Part shown: positions 40,716-52,101 of the stretch, one piece after another
How positions within the stretch are numbered: position 1 is the stretch's first letter
How the letters are laid out: each line of letters starts with the position of its first letter
From: an uncultured Spirochaetota bacterium
GTDB lineage: Bacteria; Spirochaetota; Spirochaetia; SZUA-6; Fen-1364
Direction: 5' to 3'
Length of the DNA: 64,000 nucleotides
NCBI GenBank assembly: GCA_963845535.1
Contig: CAWJSK010000015.1
Location: forward strand, 352,001 to 416,000
Notes under the pieces: generated by a model
What the model was told of the DNA's origin: nothing
The model's input: the letters and a program-made list of their open reading frames with translations, nothing else
Databases searched by the model: none
Program-made: the position numbers and the translations under genes

Positions 40716-41312
40716 TCACGCCGGGTTTTTCGTGAATATCGCCTTGAGCTCTTCCTTGGCGCCTTCCAGGACCTCGTTGTACTTGACGTCGAGCTGGGCG
40801 AAATACTGCCGGACCATGCCCAGGTAATCGGGGTCCGCGTTGGGATTTATCTTCACCGGCCTGCCCATCTGGCGGGAAAGCTCTTCTTCCTTTTTCTTTC
40901 GGACCGGCGCGTATTGCTTATCCAGGGCTTCCACGAGCCTCTTGCGCTCGGAGAGATACTCCTTGAAGAAGTTCTCCAGCTGGCTGAATATCATGTTCAC
41001 CTTTTTCGGATCTGCCACCGTGGCGGCAAACGCATCCCCGAACTTCTTGTTGTTCTTGAGGGAGAACTCGTCAGCGGGCAGGACGAGGTTTGCCAGGAGG
41101 GACTGGATGAGGCCCTCCCTGACCCATGCGAGCTGCTGCTTGTCGAACGCCTTGAGCGCTGCTTTGAGATCGAAGGACGGCTCATCGATGAGCTTCGAGA
41201 CGAGCTTCTTTCCCTCGTCCCTGAGGCGGTTCGTCTCCACAAGCTCCTTGTTGGCCTCGATGTCCTTCGAGTTCTCCATTGCTATCTGGTACGCGGATTT
41301 TATGACTCCCAT
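40716..41312 (-). CDS. Conserved helical hypothetical protein (DUF6657-like)
   Basis: MG.IKSA..IAME start, clean codon usage, AGGAG SD, upstream TTGATT-N18-TACATT. Confidence 0.7.
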   Translation of the reverse strand: MGVIKSAYQIAMENSKDIEANKELVETNRLRDEGKKLVSKLIDEPSFDLKAALKAFDKQQLAWVREGLIQSLLANLVLPADEFSLKNNKKFGDAFAATVADPKKVNMIFSQLENFFKEYLSERKRLVEALDKQYAPVRKKKEEELSRQMGRPVKINPNADPDYLGMVRQYFAQLDVKYNEVLEGAKEELKAIFTKNPA

Positions 41313-41418
41313 GTTGTCGTTCTCCTGCTGAAATGTAACCCCCGCGCCGCGGGCGAATCAAGACAGTGAAATCACGGCGCGTCGCGCGCCAGCCGCACAA
41401 GCGCGGGCGCCGCGGCTC

Positions 41419-42000
41419 TCACGACACAGTGACGGATTCCTGATCCGTTACCACCCCGTCCAACCGCTGGTCCCGTTCCGTGTGCGGCACCTCGGGCACC
41501 AACTGGTCCGAGAGGCCCACGCCGATTGCCGTGAGGTCCGTTCCCAGCGCGGCGCGCGCCTCAGTCAGAAACGTGTCGTAGTAGCCCTTGCCTCTTCCCA
41601 ATCGGTTTCCCATCCGGTCGAACGCCAGTCCCGGTGTGGCAACCAGAAAGCGGGTCCCCCTGCGCAGCGCGAGCGGTTCCCACTCGGCGCGCGGCACGGG
41701 AATCCCCCAGCGGTCCCGGGGCAGCTCGCCGGCATCCGGGGGAAGGAAATAGAAACGGATGACGTCCCGTTCGATGCGCGGCACGGCCACGCGCCTTCCT
41801 GAGGCGTGCGCGGCCTGGATGAGGCCGGCGCTGTCGAGCTCCCGCGGCATGGAGAGAAAACAGAGGACCACCCGAGCGCCCTTCCAGGCAGGCGTTTCCT
41901 GAAAGCGCCCGGCCACCTTGGCGCTGCGCCGGCCCAGCTCCCGTTCATCCACGAGGGCCAGCAACCGTTCCATCTGGGCGCGCAATTCTGCCTTTGTCAT
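41419..42000 (-). CDS. 5-formyltetrahydrofolate cyclo-ligase
   Basis: K..LR, WGIP.P, PGLAFD..GNRLGRGKGYYD and PH..RD..LD.VVT motifs. Confidence 0.93.
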   Translation of the reverse strand: MTKAELRAQMERLLALVDERELGRRSAKVAGRFQETPAWKGARVVLCFLSMPRELDSAGLIQAAHASGRRVAVPRIERDVIRFYFLPPDAGELPRDRWGIPVPRAEWEPLALRRGTRFLVATPGLAFDRMGNRLGRGKGYYDTFLTEARAALGTDLTAIGVGLSDQLVPEVPHTERDQRLDGVVTDQESVTVS

Positions 42001-42029
42001 GGTACATTAGTACGGACTTGGAGGAACGC

Positions 42030-43743
42030 ATGCAAGACCTGTGGGACCTGACGCGCAGCTCAATCATTGGAAGGAACGCTTTGATCACCACGCCGTTCGG
42101 GGCGCGTCGTCTGACGTATGCGGACCATACCGCGTCCGGGCGCGGAGTGACTTTCATCGAAGAGCATATCCAGCGGCTCCTGGAGACATACGGCAACACC
42201 CACACTGAGGATGACGCCACCGGGACCATCACGTCCGAGCACCTTCACCAGGCGGAGCTCTCCATCAAGCGCCTCGTCAACGCCGGACCGAAGCACAGGA
42301 TCATCACCGTGGGGGCCGGGACCACGGCAGCCGTCCACCAGCTCCAGCAGATCCTCGGCATCTACATTCCGCCGGCAGGGAAGGACTTTTTCAGCGGTAT
42401 CCTCGGCGAATACTTCTCCGTGAAGGAGCGGGAGCGCTTCTCCGAGTGGATCAACGCGCAGCGGCCCGTCGTCTTTGTGGGGCCCTTCGAGCACCACTCC
42501 AATGAAGTCTCCTGGAGGGAATGCTTTGCCGAGGTCGTTGAAACCGACCTGACCCCACGCGGCTTCCTGGACCTCGACGACCTGGCGAAAAAGCTCGAGC
42601 TGCCGCAGTTCGCGAACCGGCGGAAGCTCGGGGCGTTCTCCGCTGCCTCGAACGTGACAGGGGTAAAATCGCCGGTCCACGAGGTTGCCCGGATTCTCCA
42701 CCGTCATGACTGTCTTGCGCTTTTCGACTTCGCGGCCGCCGCCCCCTATGAGCGCATGGACTGCAACCAGGACGAGGAGTCGTTCTTCGACGCCCTGTAC
42801 TTCTCCCCGCACAAGCTCCTGGGCGGCCCCGGCAGCGCGGGCATCCTCATCATCCACGAGCGGATATACCGCAGCGACCTTCCTCCGACCGTGGGAGCCG
42901 GGGGGACGGTGGAGTTCGTGAACTTCGACGGCCAGTCCTACATCCCCGACATCGAGGCGCGGGAAAAAGCCGGCACTCCCGGCATCCTCCAGACCATCCG
43001 TGCCGCCCTGGCCCTCGAGCTCAAGGAAAGACTCGACCCGAAGCGGATAGCCGCTCGGGAAGCGGAGCTGGTCAGGATGGCTCGTGGGATGCTGACAGGG
43101 CACCCGGGCATCGAGCTGATGGGAGACGTGGACCCGGACCATCGCCTTCCCATCTTCTCCTTCACCATCAAGGTGGGCTCTTCCTGGCTGCACCCGCGGT
43201 TCGTGACGGTGCTCTTGAACGACCTGTTCGGCATCCAAAGCAGGGCGGGCTGCTCCTGCGCGGCCCCGTATGGCCATAGGCTTCTGGGGATCGATGAGAG
43301 CAAGTCCCGTAAGTTCGAGGCCACGATCATGCGGGGGGACGTCGGTCTGAAGCCGGGATGGACAAGGGTCAACTTCCACTTCCTTCACACGGATGCGGAG
43401 ACGGAGTTCATCTGCCGGGCGGTCAGGTTTGTCGCGGACCGCGGCGTGGCGTTCCTTCCTTTATATGGGTTCGACATTCACACGGGAGCATGGAAACACA
43501 GGGAGTTCTCTCCTGCCCCCGTTTCGTTCGGCCTCGATCTCTCCTCCTCCGCTCACCCGCGGCCGGATACCTTCGGCAGGTGGAAGCGCCCTTTCACCGT
43601 TACCTCGGGGAAGCGGAAAAGCTTGCCCAGTCTCTCGTCGCGAAAGTACCCCCACGCCAGGACTTGCCACGACTGAGCAGGACCTCATCCCATTCCTGTA
43701 CTGCCGACGGTCCGAGCAGCCAGGGCAGGAGACGATGCCGTGA
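42030..43743 (+). CDS. Aminotransferase class V / cysteine-desulfurase-like PLP enzyme (3' end probably broken by two frameshifts)
   Basis: YADHTASG, YGNTHT, EHHSNE, ASNVTG, DFAAAAPY, SPHK and RAGCSCA motifs. The main ORF stops at 43676, but protein-like tail segments (FHRYLGEAEKLA; LATTEQDLIPFLY) continue in the other two frames to 43743. Confidence 0.85.
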
Positions 43744-43786
43744 AGCGAGACACCGCCTTGAAGCTGGGAGACGATGCCGTGAAGCG
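43728..43786 (+). repeat. 20-bp direct repeat GGAGACGATGCCGTGAAGCG duplicating an SD plus GTG start in frame
   Basis: Copies at 43728-47 and 43767-86, period 39. Confidence 0.85.
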
Positions 43787-44582
43787 GCGCCCCGCTCAGA
43801 AAGACTGGCTCCCTCTTTCGAAAGCGGAGAAGGCCGCGGTGGAGCTTCCCACGGAGGAAGCTTTCCGCGTCGAGTGGATAGACTTCGACCGCGGGATCCG
43901 GGTCGGCAACCTCGAGCCTCACGAAAGGATAACGCAGATCGTCAAGTACGGGCTGGAGGAGAGGTATGGCACCGGATTCGTCACGGACCGTTGGGGCCGC
44001 GGCGTTTACTGGCAGTGGATCTGCTGGCTTCCCCGCGCCAATCGGGAAGCAAAGCCCGTCTCCCATGACGTCAACTTCGGGTGCGCAAAGTTCTTCATAT
44101 CGCCGGACAGGGAAAACTCGGTATTCCACAGCGGCCTGCAGGTGGAGCGCGGCTCAATCCGGGAGGACCCTGAGATACCGGGCACGCTTCACAAGGATTG
44201 GGACTGGCACAGGCTCATGAAGCAGTGTGAGAGCGGCACAGTGCTCGACCGCGAGATGGGGCGTCTTGTCCGCCGGGAAGGCTTCACGGCGCGCCTGATC
44301 GGCGGGATGAGCGCTTCATTTTCCGCGGATTCCTGGGAGTCCACCCGGCAGATACGAGAGGCCGCGCGCAAAGCGCCCCCGGATCAGTGGGAAGGCTTCC
44401 AGCTCTTCTATCCCATGACTGCTCAGGAGGTGCGCGCCTGCACGGGCCTCGAGCTCACGCGCGCAATCCTCGGCGTGTTCGCCGAAGTGACCGAGTGCAT
44501 GAATCAGTGCATGCAGATCAGGCTGCAAGCCGTTCAAGGTCCTCCCGGGATCGGTCTGGCCGGAGCGAGCCTGCCGCGCTGA
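43740..44582 (+). CDS. Hypothetical protein (alternative start GTG 43779)
   Basis: 280-aa ORF with normal codon usage and an aromatic-rich core (WGRGVYWQWICW); no family recognised. Confidence 0.7.
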   Translation: MKRDTALKLGDDAVKRRPAQKDWLPLSKAEKAAVELPTEEAFRVEWIDFDRGIRVGNLEPHERITQIVKYGLEERYGTGFVTDRWGRGVYWQWICWLPRANREAKPVSHDVNFGCAKFFISPDRENSVFHSGLQVERGSIREDPEIPGTLHKDWDWHRLMKQCESGTVLDREMGRLVRREGFTARLIGGMSASFSADSWESTRQIREAARKAPPDQWEGFQLFYPMTAQEVRACTGLELTRAILGVFAEVTECMNQCMQIRLQAVQGPPGIGLAGASLPR

Positions 44583-44641
44583 GTTTGCCGCGCTGAGCGT
44601 CCGCAAAGCCAGGCGCGCTGACAGCCTGCCTATCGCGCTGA
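44572..44641. repeat. Short repeats between convergent gene ends: TGCCGCGCTGAG x2 and CGCGCTGA x4
   Basis: 12-mer at 44572-83 and 44586-97; further CGCGCTGA cores at 44614-21 and 44634-41. Confidence 0.6.
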
Positions 44642-45874
44642 CCGTCCGGACTTCCGGTTCCGCAGAACGGAGATGGGGGACTCTTTCAGCAAGGATGCCA
44701 GCCCTATGCTCACGAGCGTGAGGGCGAGCAGCCCGAGCAGCGGAGCCGTCATGGATCCTTGCGGGGACTTCACGGCATCCATCAGGAAAATGAAGATGAT
44801 CCCGGAGAGCTGCCCCGCCACCAGGAGCAGCGTGTTCGAGGTCCCCTCGGGGGCTGGGAGCGTCATCTCCGCCCCGTACTGAAAGCCAATGGGACCCGCG
44901 CTCAACAGGAAAAACCCGAACACGAAGGAGGAGGCAAGGAGGAGCCAGTAGGTTGTCGCGAAAGTCACGCCGAGAAGGCCGGGGACGAGCCCCGCGAGCG
45001 CGATGATGACGAACGGTTTCCGCAGGCGAAGCGAGTCGGAGACGAGGGGCAGCGCCACTGCGCCGATGATCCCGCCAATCAGCATGAGCCCGCCGGCAAG
45101 GCCCGCCTGCGACGTGGAGAACCCCCGCGGGGCAACGATCTCTTCGATCCATGTCGTGATTCCGTTGAACATCCCCAGACCCACGAAGAAGATGACAAGG
45201 AGAAAAAGGAAGTCCCGGCGCCGGATCATGCTGCGAAGACCGTCGAACATGAGAGAGCGCACCTCATCCTCCGGCCTGCCTACCGGCGTGGCAGGCTTCT
45301 CACGGGCAACGAGGATGAAGAAGAGCGCCGCCACAACGGCCACAACTCCCCAGATGACGAGCGCGCCCTTGAAGCCGTAGCTGGCCGTGAGAAGAGGCGT
45401 GACGATCAGGCTGAGAAGCACTCCCAGGTAGATGGCCAGGGTGCCGAGCCCGGTTGCCGTGGCGCGCTCCTCCGCGGGAAACCATCGTCCGGCAAGCTTG
45501 GTTGTGGCACCGAGCACGAGAGGCTGGCCAACGGCGATCCCGATCTGGGATATGATCACCATGGTGAAGCTGGACGCGAACACCCCTCGGGTCAGCGCGA
45601 ACACGGCGGTGAGGATGGCGCCCACGGAGACCGTCCTGCGGACTCCCCAGGTGTCGATCAGCCATGCTGATGGGAGGAAGATCAGGATGTAGATGGCCAT
45701 GAAGCACAGGGAAAGGAGCCCGATGGCGAGGTCGGAGGTCGAGTAGAACTTCATGGCCTCCGTGGTGATGGGAGCGAACGTGATCCAAAGCGCCTGGTTG
45801 ATGCCCGTGATCACCATGAACGCGGCCAGCATGAGCCAGCGGTATCTGTGCGCCTTCGTTGTCGCCTTTGCCAT
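44630..45874 (-). CDS. MFS transporter
   Basis: About 12 TM helices, DTWGVRR motif A, WFP.EERATA; GGAGG SD. Confidence 0.92.
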   Translation of the reverse strand: MAKATTKAHRYRWLMLAAFMVITGINQALWITFAPITTEAMKFYSTSDLAIGLLSLCFMAIYILIFLPSAWLIDTWGVRRTVSVGAILTAVFALTRGVFASSFTMVIISQIGIAVGQPLVLGATTKLAGRWFPAEERATATGLGTLAIYLGVLLSLIVTPLLTASYGFKGALVIWGVVAVVAALFFILVAREKPATPVGRPEDEVRSLMFDGLRSMIRRRDFLFLLVIFFVGLGMFNGITTWIEEIVAPRGFSTSQAGLAGGLMLIGGIIGAVALPLVSDSLRLRKPFVIIALAGLVPGLLGVTFATTYWLLLASSFVFGFFLLSAGPIGFQYGAEMTLPAPEGTSNTLLLVAGQLSGIIFIFLMDAVKSPQGSMTAPLLGLLALTLVSIGLASLLKESPISVLRNRKSGRSAR

Positions 45875-45900
45875 TGGTGCCTCCCTGGAGAGAAAAAATG

Positions 45901-47205
45901 TCATGAGAGATGAAATCCGGTGCAGTATAGCCGCGCCGGACGGCAGAAAGCAAGAATGTTCGAGGCGGAAAACCAGGAGGCTTCGATACCACGCTTCGCG
46001 CGGCGCGACCTACGGCGCCCCTGCGGCGCTTGCCCCGGCTCAACCTTGCTGCGCGTGAGGCGTATTATACCGGCGGCAATTGCCACCAGCACGACTGTCA
46101 GGCCGAGATAGAAGAGGAACCCTCCCCGGATCCCCACGGTCTGCGCCAGCACCGCCATCAGGAAGGGAAAAGTGAAGGAACCAATCCCGCCGCCGGTGGT
46201 GACCGCTCCCACTGCGACGCCGCTCCTGTGGTACCTCCCGACAATTGCCACGGACAGCGGGTAGATCCCGGAGAACCCCAGGCCGGTGAGAAACACCGCG
46301 ACCGCGGTGGCCCACGTCGAGCTCACGAGAAGCACCATTCCCAAAGCCGCCGCTGACAGAACGGCGAGCCCCAGCACGATGTACTCCTGTCGTGAGCCCC
46401 GGTAGGCCACGGATAGTGAGAACCGTCCCACGAGCAGCCCGATCCAGAAAAGCGACAGGGCGAATGCTCCCACGGACGCCGCGCTGCCGCGCACCTGCAC
46501 AAAGTATTCCGCTATCCACGTGGAGACGCCCAGCTCGGCGCCGACGTACAGGAGCAGGAAGAAAGTGATCAGAAGGAGAAGGGGCTGGAGCATCAGCTTC
46601 AATCCCTTGCCCCGATCACCGGCTTCGTGCTGCATGATTCGGGGAAATGGAGAGAACCCGAACAGGAGGGCCATGACGGCCAGGGCCGCCGCGGTTGCCG
46701 CGAAAACGGAAATCCCTCCGCGGCCGGCCCCCAGGAGGAAGCCCACCGCGGCCGGGCCCACAATTCCGCCAACGCTGAAAGCCGCGTGGACCATGTTGAG
46801 GAGCCTGCTCTGGCCCTTGCGCTCCATGTGCATCACTTCGAGGTTCGTGACCACCTCGATGGGCCCCTGGCAGAGCCCGACGCAGAAGTTCAGCGCCATG
46901 TTCAGCCAGGGGGACGGCCAGCGGACGAACAGCGACATGCTGGCGGCCCCGAGGATCAGGCCGAATACGAGGACCTTTTTCGGGGCGATTCTCTGGACGA
47001 GGATCCCGCAGATGAACGTCGAGACGAAGTAGCCCACCGCGTTCGCGGCGAGCACCGCGCCCGTCAGGGCGTACGACCAGTGGAAGGTCGCGATGATATG
47101 CGGCAAAGAGGCGCCGATGATCGTGAAGACCACGCCGAAAGTGGCAAACCCGGCGAGGAGGAGGAAGTACAGCCGCCGGGTACTGCTGTCAGGGATATTT
47201 GTCAT
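45901..47205 (-). CDS. MFS transporter (FucP/TsgA-like sugar permease)
   Basis: About 12 TM helices; LNMVHAAFSVGG..GP, YVGAE.G..W and FWIG..VGR motifs. Confidence 0.9.
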   Translation of the reverse strand: MTNIPDSSTRRLYFLLLAGFATFGVVFTIIGASLPHIIATFHWSYALTGAVLAANAVGYFVSTFICGILVQRIAPKKVLVFGLILGAASMSLFVRWPSPWLNMALNFCVGLCQGPIEVVTNLEVMHMERKGQSRLLNMVHAAFSVGGIVGPAAVGFLLGAGRGGISVFAATAAALAVMALLFGFSPFPRIMQHEAGDRGKGLKLMLQPLLLLITFFLLLYVGAELGVSTWIAEYFVQVRGSAASVGAFALSLFWIGLLVGRFSLSVAYRGSRQEYIVLGLAVLSAAALGMVLLVSSTWATAVAVFLTGLGFSGIYPLSVAIVGRYHRSGVAVGAVTTGGGIGSFTFPFLMAVLAQTVGIRGGFLFYLGLTVVLVAIAAGIIRLTRSKVEPGQAPQGRRRSRRAKRGIEASWFSASNILAFCRPARLYCTGFHLS

Positions 47206-47381
47206 GATGGCAAAGCTTGCTCACATACTTCCAGACATCGGCGCACCTCGTCAAGGACAGGGGTCGTACGCGATGAAGCGCGCAGGATGAGAGCGCGGGG
47301 CACGGGTTTTCTCCCGAAAACTCGGAGGACAAGGTCGCTGCTGTCCTCCTTTTGTGCTCAAAATGTTCCTTGAAGATACCG

Positions 47382-47403
47382 TTGCAAGACTAGCATCTTG
47401 AAA
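47382..47403. promoter_or_regulatory. Candidate operator upstream of the sugar ABC operon
   Basis: TTGCAAGA-N6-TCTTGAAA, 7/8 inverted repeat in an AT-richer intergenic region. Confidence 0.4.
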
Positions 47404-47444
47404 CCTGGATACGTAATCAATCAATTTCGAGGAGGGTTGAGGGC

Positions 47445-48755
47445 ATGAAGCGATCAATCGCGAAGATAGCGGTCTTCCTGGTTGTTCTTCTCGTCCCGCT
47501 TGCGCTCTGGGCCCAGACGAACGTCGTTCTCTGGGATTTCTTGAGCGGCGGAGACGGCGTACGCTGGAAGGCCATCATCAATGAGTTCAACACGAGCCAG
47601 AGCGATATCAATATCCAGGGAACGACGCTGACCTGGGGTGATCCGTTCTACACGAAGGTGCATACGGCGGTCGTTGCAGGGGAGACCCCGGACGTCATGA
47701 CCTACCATCTCTCGCACTTCCCGGCGGGCATCCAGGCCGGAGATCTGCGGCCAATCACGGAAGACGAGCTGAAGACGGTGGGGCTTTCCTACAGCGACTT
47801 CAATCCTGTCCTCGTGGATACCTCCCTTGCCATCAGCAAGGCATACGGAACGGAAGGCGTCCTCTACGGCATTCCCCTGGACACGCACACCTCCATTCTC
47901 TATTTCAACGCGAACGTGCTGAGGAAGGCCGGATTGCTCGGCCGAAACGGTCGTCCCCTCGCCTCCGCCTTCACCGGTATGGCGAACTTCACGAGGTCTT
48001 TGGAGCGGATCAAGGCGAGGACAGGCGTTCTCCCCATGGCCATGTCTTCGGCGAACGACCCCGCAACGGTGTGGCGCATGTGGAGCACGCTGTTCTATCA
48101 GCAGGGTGGAAGCCTGGCCAGCGGCGGAAAAGTGACCCTGGACCAGGTCACGACGCTGGGCAAAACCGCTCTCCAAGTGATGACAGACTGGACCACAAAG
48201 GGCTTGATCCCGGCCAACGTCGATTATGCCGGGTCCGTGGCCTTGTTCAGCTCCGGCAAAGCGGCATTCATGTTCAACGGGAACTGGGAAGTTCCCACCA
48301 TGGTGGACCTCGAGAAGTCCGGAAAGCTTCCCTTCAAGTTCGGCGTCATGGCTTTCCCGAAGCTCTACGAGAACCAGGACACCTGGGCTGATTCCCACAA
48401 CATCGCCATCCCGAACAACACGAAGACCCCCATCTCCGACGACATGCTCCACGCGGTGCTCACATTCGTTGCGTTCGTGGAGAAGCATGCCGCGGAGTGG
48501 GCAAGCGGCGGCCATCTTCCCGCATATCTCCCCGTCCTCAATGGGCCGACCCTTGCGCATTTGTACCCGGTGGACCAGTATGCAGCCCAGGCTGCAAAGG
48601 ACGTCCATCTGGAGCCGGTAAACCCCATCTTCGGAGTCGGCGCTCCGACCTATGATGCGGCGGGCAACTTCCTGTCCCCCGCGCTGATCGGAAACCTCAC
48701 GGTGGCGGACGCCGTACAGAAATTCAAGGACGACCTGCAGAGCCTTTCTCAGTAG
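47445..48755 (+). CDS. Carbohydrate ABC transporter (CUT1) substrate-binding protein
   Basis: Signal peptide (LWA); WDFLSGGDG, YGIPLD.H, G.AAFMFNGNW and WADSH motifs; GAGGAGG SD. Confidence 0.93.
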   Translation: MKRSIAKIAVFLVVLLVPLALWAQTNVVLWDFLSGGDGVRWKAIINEFNTSQSDINIQGTTLTWGDPFYTKVHTAVVAGETPDVMTYHLSHFPAGIQAGDLRPITEDELKTVGLSYSDFNPVLVDTSLAISKAYGTEGVLYGIPLDTHTSILYFNANVLRKAGLLGRNGRPLASAFTGMANFTRSLERIKARTGVLPMAMSSANDPATVWRMWSTLFYQQGGSLASGGKVTLDQVTTLGKTALQVMTDWTTKGLIPANVDYAGSVALFSSGKAAFMFNGNWEVPTMVDLEKSGKLPFKFGVMAFPKLYENQDTWADSHNIAIPNNTKTPISDDMLHAVLTFVAFVEKHAAEWASGGHLPAYLPVLNGPTLAHLYPVDQYAAQAAKDVHLEPVNPIFGVGAPTYDAAGNFLSPALIGNLTVADAVQKFKDDLQSLSQ

Positions 48756-48767
48756 TATCTTGCACCG

Positions 48768-48792
48768 AGGCCCCGGGGCTCTCCCGGGGCTT
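48768..48792 (+). other. Intercistronic stem-loop after the binding-protein gene
   Basis: AGGCCCCGGG-GCTCT-CCCGGGGCTT, followed by a T-rich stretch. Confidence 0.6.
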
Positions 48793-48812
48793 GTTCTTCT
48801 CCAGGGGGGGGC

Positions 48813-49733
48813 ATGAGCAGTGCGGTCATCGAAGAGGCCGACGCCAAGGCAGCGTCCATGAGGGTGCGGCGCAGGCGCCGCAGGACGCCGTGGGCCACGG
48901 TTCTCCTGATGGTGCTTCCTTTCATCGCCGTGTACCTCGTCTTCCTGATCTATCCCACGGTACGGGTGATCATCCTCAGCTTTACGAACGCGGACATTGC
49001 AGGCCGCGGCCATTTCATCGGCGTGGAAAACTACGTCCATCTCTGGAAGGACTCCCTGTTCTGGGCGTCCCTGGTGCACACGATTTATTTCATCGTTCTC
49101 ACCGTTGTCCCCAACACGCTCGTGGGGATGGTGTTTGCCCTCATGATTGTGCGGCTGAACAGGCTGCGGGGCTTCGTGATGGCGCTCATGTTTCTTCCCT
49201 ATGTCCTCCCCGTGAGCGTGGTGACGCAGATCTGGATGTGGGTTCTGAGCGCCGCCTACGGGATCGTGAACTTCCTTTTCCACCTGAAGATCAACTGGTT
49301 CCAGGACCCCGTCTGGGCCATGCCCTCCGTGGCCTTTGTCACCATCTGGTGGACAGTGGGTTTCAACATCCTCTTGTTCATTGCGGGTCTCCAGGCCATC
49401 CCGAGCGAGTACTATGAAGCGGCGTCCCTGGACGGGGCTGACAGGGGCTTCCGTGTCTTCCGCTACTTCACCTGGCCGCTCATCTGGCCCGTCACCTCGC
49501 TCGTGCTCGTCCTGCAGCTCATCCTCCAGTGGCAGATCATCAACCAGGTATATCTTCTCACCAACGGCGGGCCTTTCAACTCGACCATCGTTGTCCTGAT
49601 GCACATGTACATCCAGGCTTTCACCCGCTACCGCGGCGGCTATGCCGCCACCATCTCAATGGCGCTTTTCGTGCTGATCCTGGTCTCCTCCATCCTGCAG
49701 CTACGCCTGTTTCGTTTCCAGAGGGGCGAATGA
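48813..49733 (+). CDS. Carbohydrate ABC transporter permease 1
   Basis: FIGVENY, AGLQAIPSEYYEAASLDGA (EAA loop) and TNGGP motifs. Confidence 0.95.
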   Translation: MSSAVIEEADAKAASMRVRRRRRRTPWATVLLMVLPFIAVYLVFLIYPTVRVIILSFTNADIAGRGHFIGVENYVHLWKDSLFWASLVHTIYFIVLTVVPNTLVGMVFALMIVRLNRLRGFVMALMFLPYVLPVSVVTQIWMWVLSAAYGIVNFLFHLKINWFQDPVWAMPSVAFVTIWWTVGFNILLFIAGLQAIPSEYYEAASLDGADRGFRVFRYFTWPLIWPVTSLVLVLQLILQWQIINQVYLLTNGGPFNSTIVVLMHMYIQAFTRYRGGYAATISMALFVLILVSSILQLRLFRFQRGE

Positions 49734-50569
49734 GGTACAGAAGAGTCTCGGTTTCCTCCGTCATTATCACGGTCATCACCCTTGCAATAGCCCTCGTGTG
49801 GATCTTTCCCCTTTATTGGGCGGTGAACACGTCTCTCACCGTCGACACAAAGACCGTCCAGATCCCTCCCTCCTGGCTTCCGATCCCGCTCGTCTTCGAT
49901 GCGTACGACTACGTGATCAAGAACACGATGATTGTCCGCTGGTACTTCAACACGATCCTGGACTCGGTTGCCATCACGGCCGCCGTCATCTTCCTGACCA
50001 TGATGTGCGCGTACGCCCTGTCCCAGATCAAGTTCCCGGGAAATCACTTCGTGTTCATCGCCGTCCTCGCCGGCTTCATGATTCCGTGGACAACAAACGT
50101 GGTCCCGCTCTTCATGTTCATGAACAAGCTGCGGCTTGTGAACAGTTATTGGGGCGTCATACTGCCGCAGATCGCCTCACCGCCGGCAATCGTGGCAGCG
50201 GTGACGTACAAGCGCTTTTTCGACCAGATGCCCCTGGAGCTTTCCGACGCGGCGCACATGGACGGGGCGAGCGAGATGCGCATCCTCTTTCGTCTTTTCC
50301 TCCCCTTGAACGGGGGAATCTCCTGGGCGCTCGCCATACTGACGTTCATCTATGCCTGGAACAACTTCTTCTGGCCGTTCATCGTCATCAACTCCACGCC
50401 CATGATGACGATCCCCATCGGCATAACCCAGGTGCAGTCCTGGTACGGCATCGCTTACTCACGACAAATGGCTTCCGCTGTGCTGGCCGCCATTCCCACG
50501 GTTGTCCTGTACCTTGCGTTCCAGCGCCGCGTGGCGGAAGGAGTGGCTATCACCTCCGGAATCAAGTAG
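49730..50569 (+). CDS. Carbohydrate ABC transporter permease 2
   Basis: P.ELSDAAHMDGA and WNNFFWP motifs; ATGA overlap with permease 1. Confidence 0.95.
   Translation: MRYRRVSVSSVIITVITLAIALVWIFPLYWAVNTSLTVDTKTVQIPPSWLPIPLVFDAYDYVIKNTMIVRWYFNTILDSVAITAAVIFLTMMCAYALSQIKFPGNHFVFIAVLAGFMIPWTTNVVPLFMFMNKLRLVNSYWGVILPQIASPPAIVAAVTYKRFFDQMPLELSDAAHMDGASEMRILFRLFLPLNGGISWALAILTFIYAWNNFFWPFIVINSTPMMTIPIGITQVQSWYGIAYSRQMASAVLAAIPTVVLYLAFQRRVAEGVAITSGIK

Positions 50570-52097
<1,528 letters not shown>

Positions 52098-52101
<4 letters not shown>

Noticed and set aside
42001..42029. 6S RNA upstream of the 5-formyl-THF cyclo-ligase (a common linkage)
   Set aside because: Only 29 bp separate it from the divergent gene, leaving no room
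38186..43388. Long shadow ORFs (e.g. 38186..39565, 42060..43388; likewise 23773..25080 and 47454..49604)
   Set aside because: Antisense or alternate-frame ORFs expected at high GC; they overlap genes with clear family motifs and have none themselves
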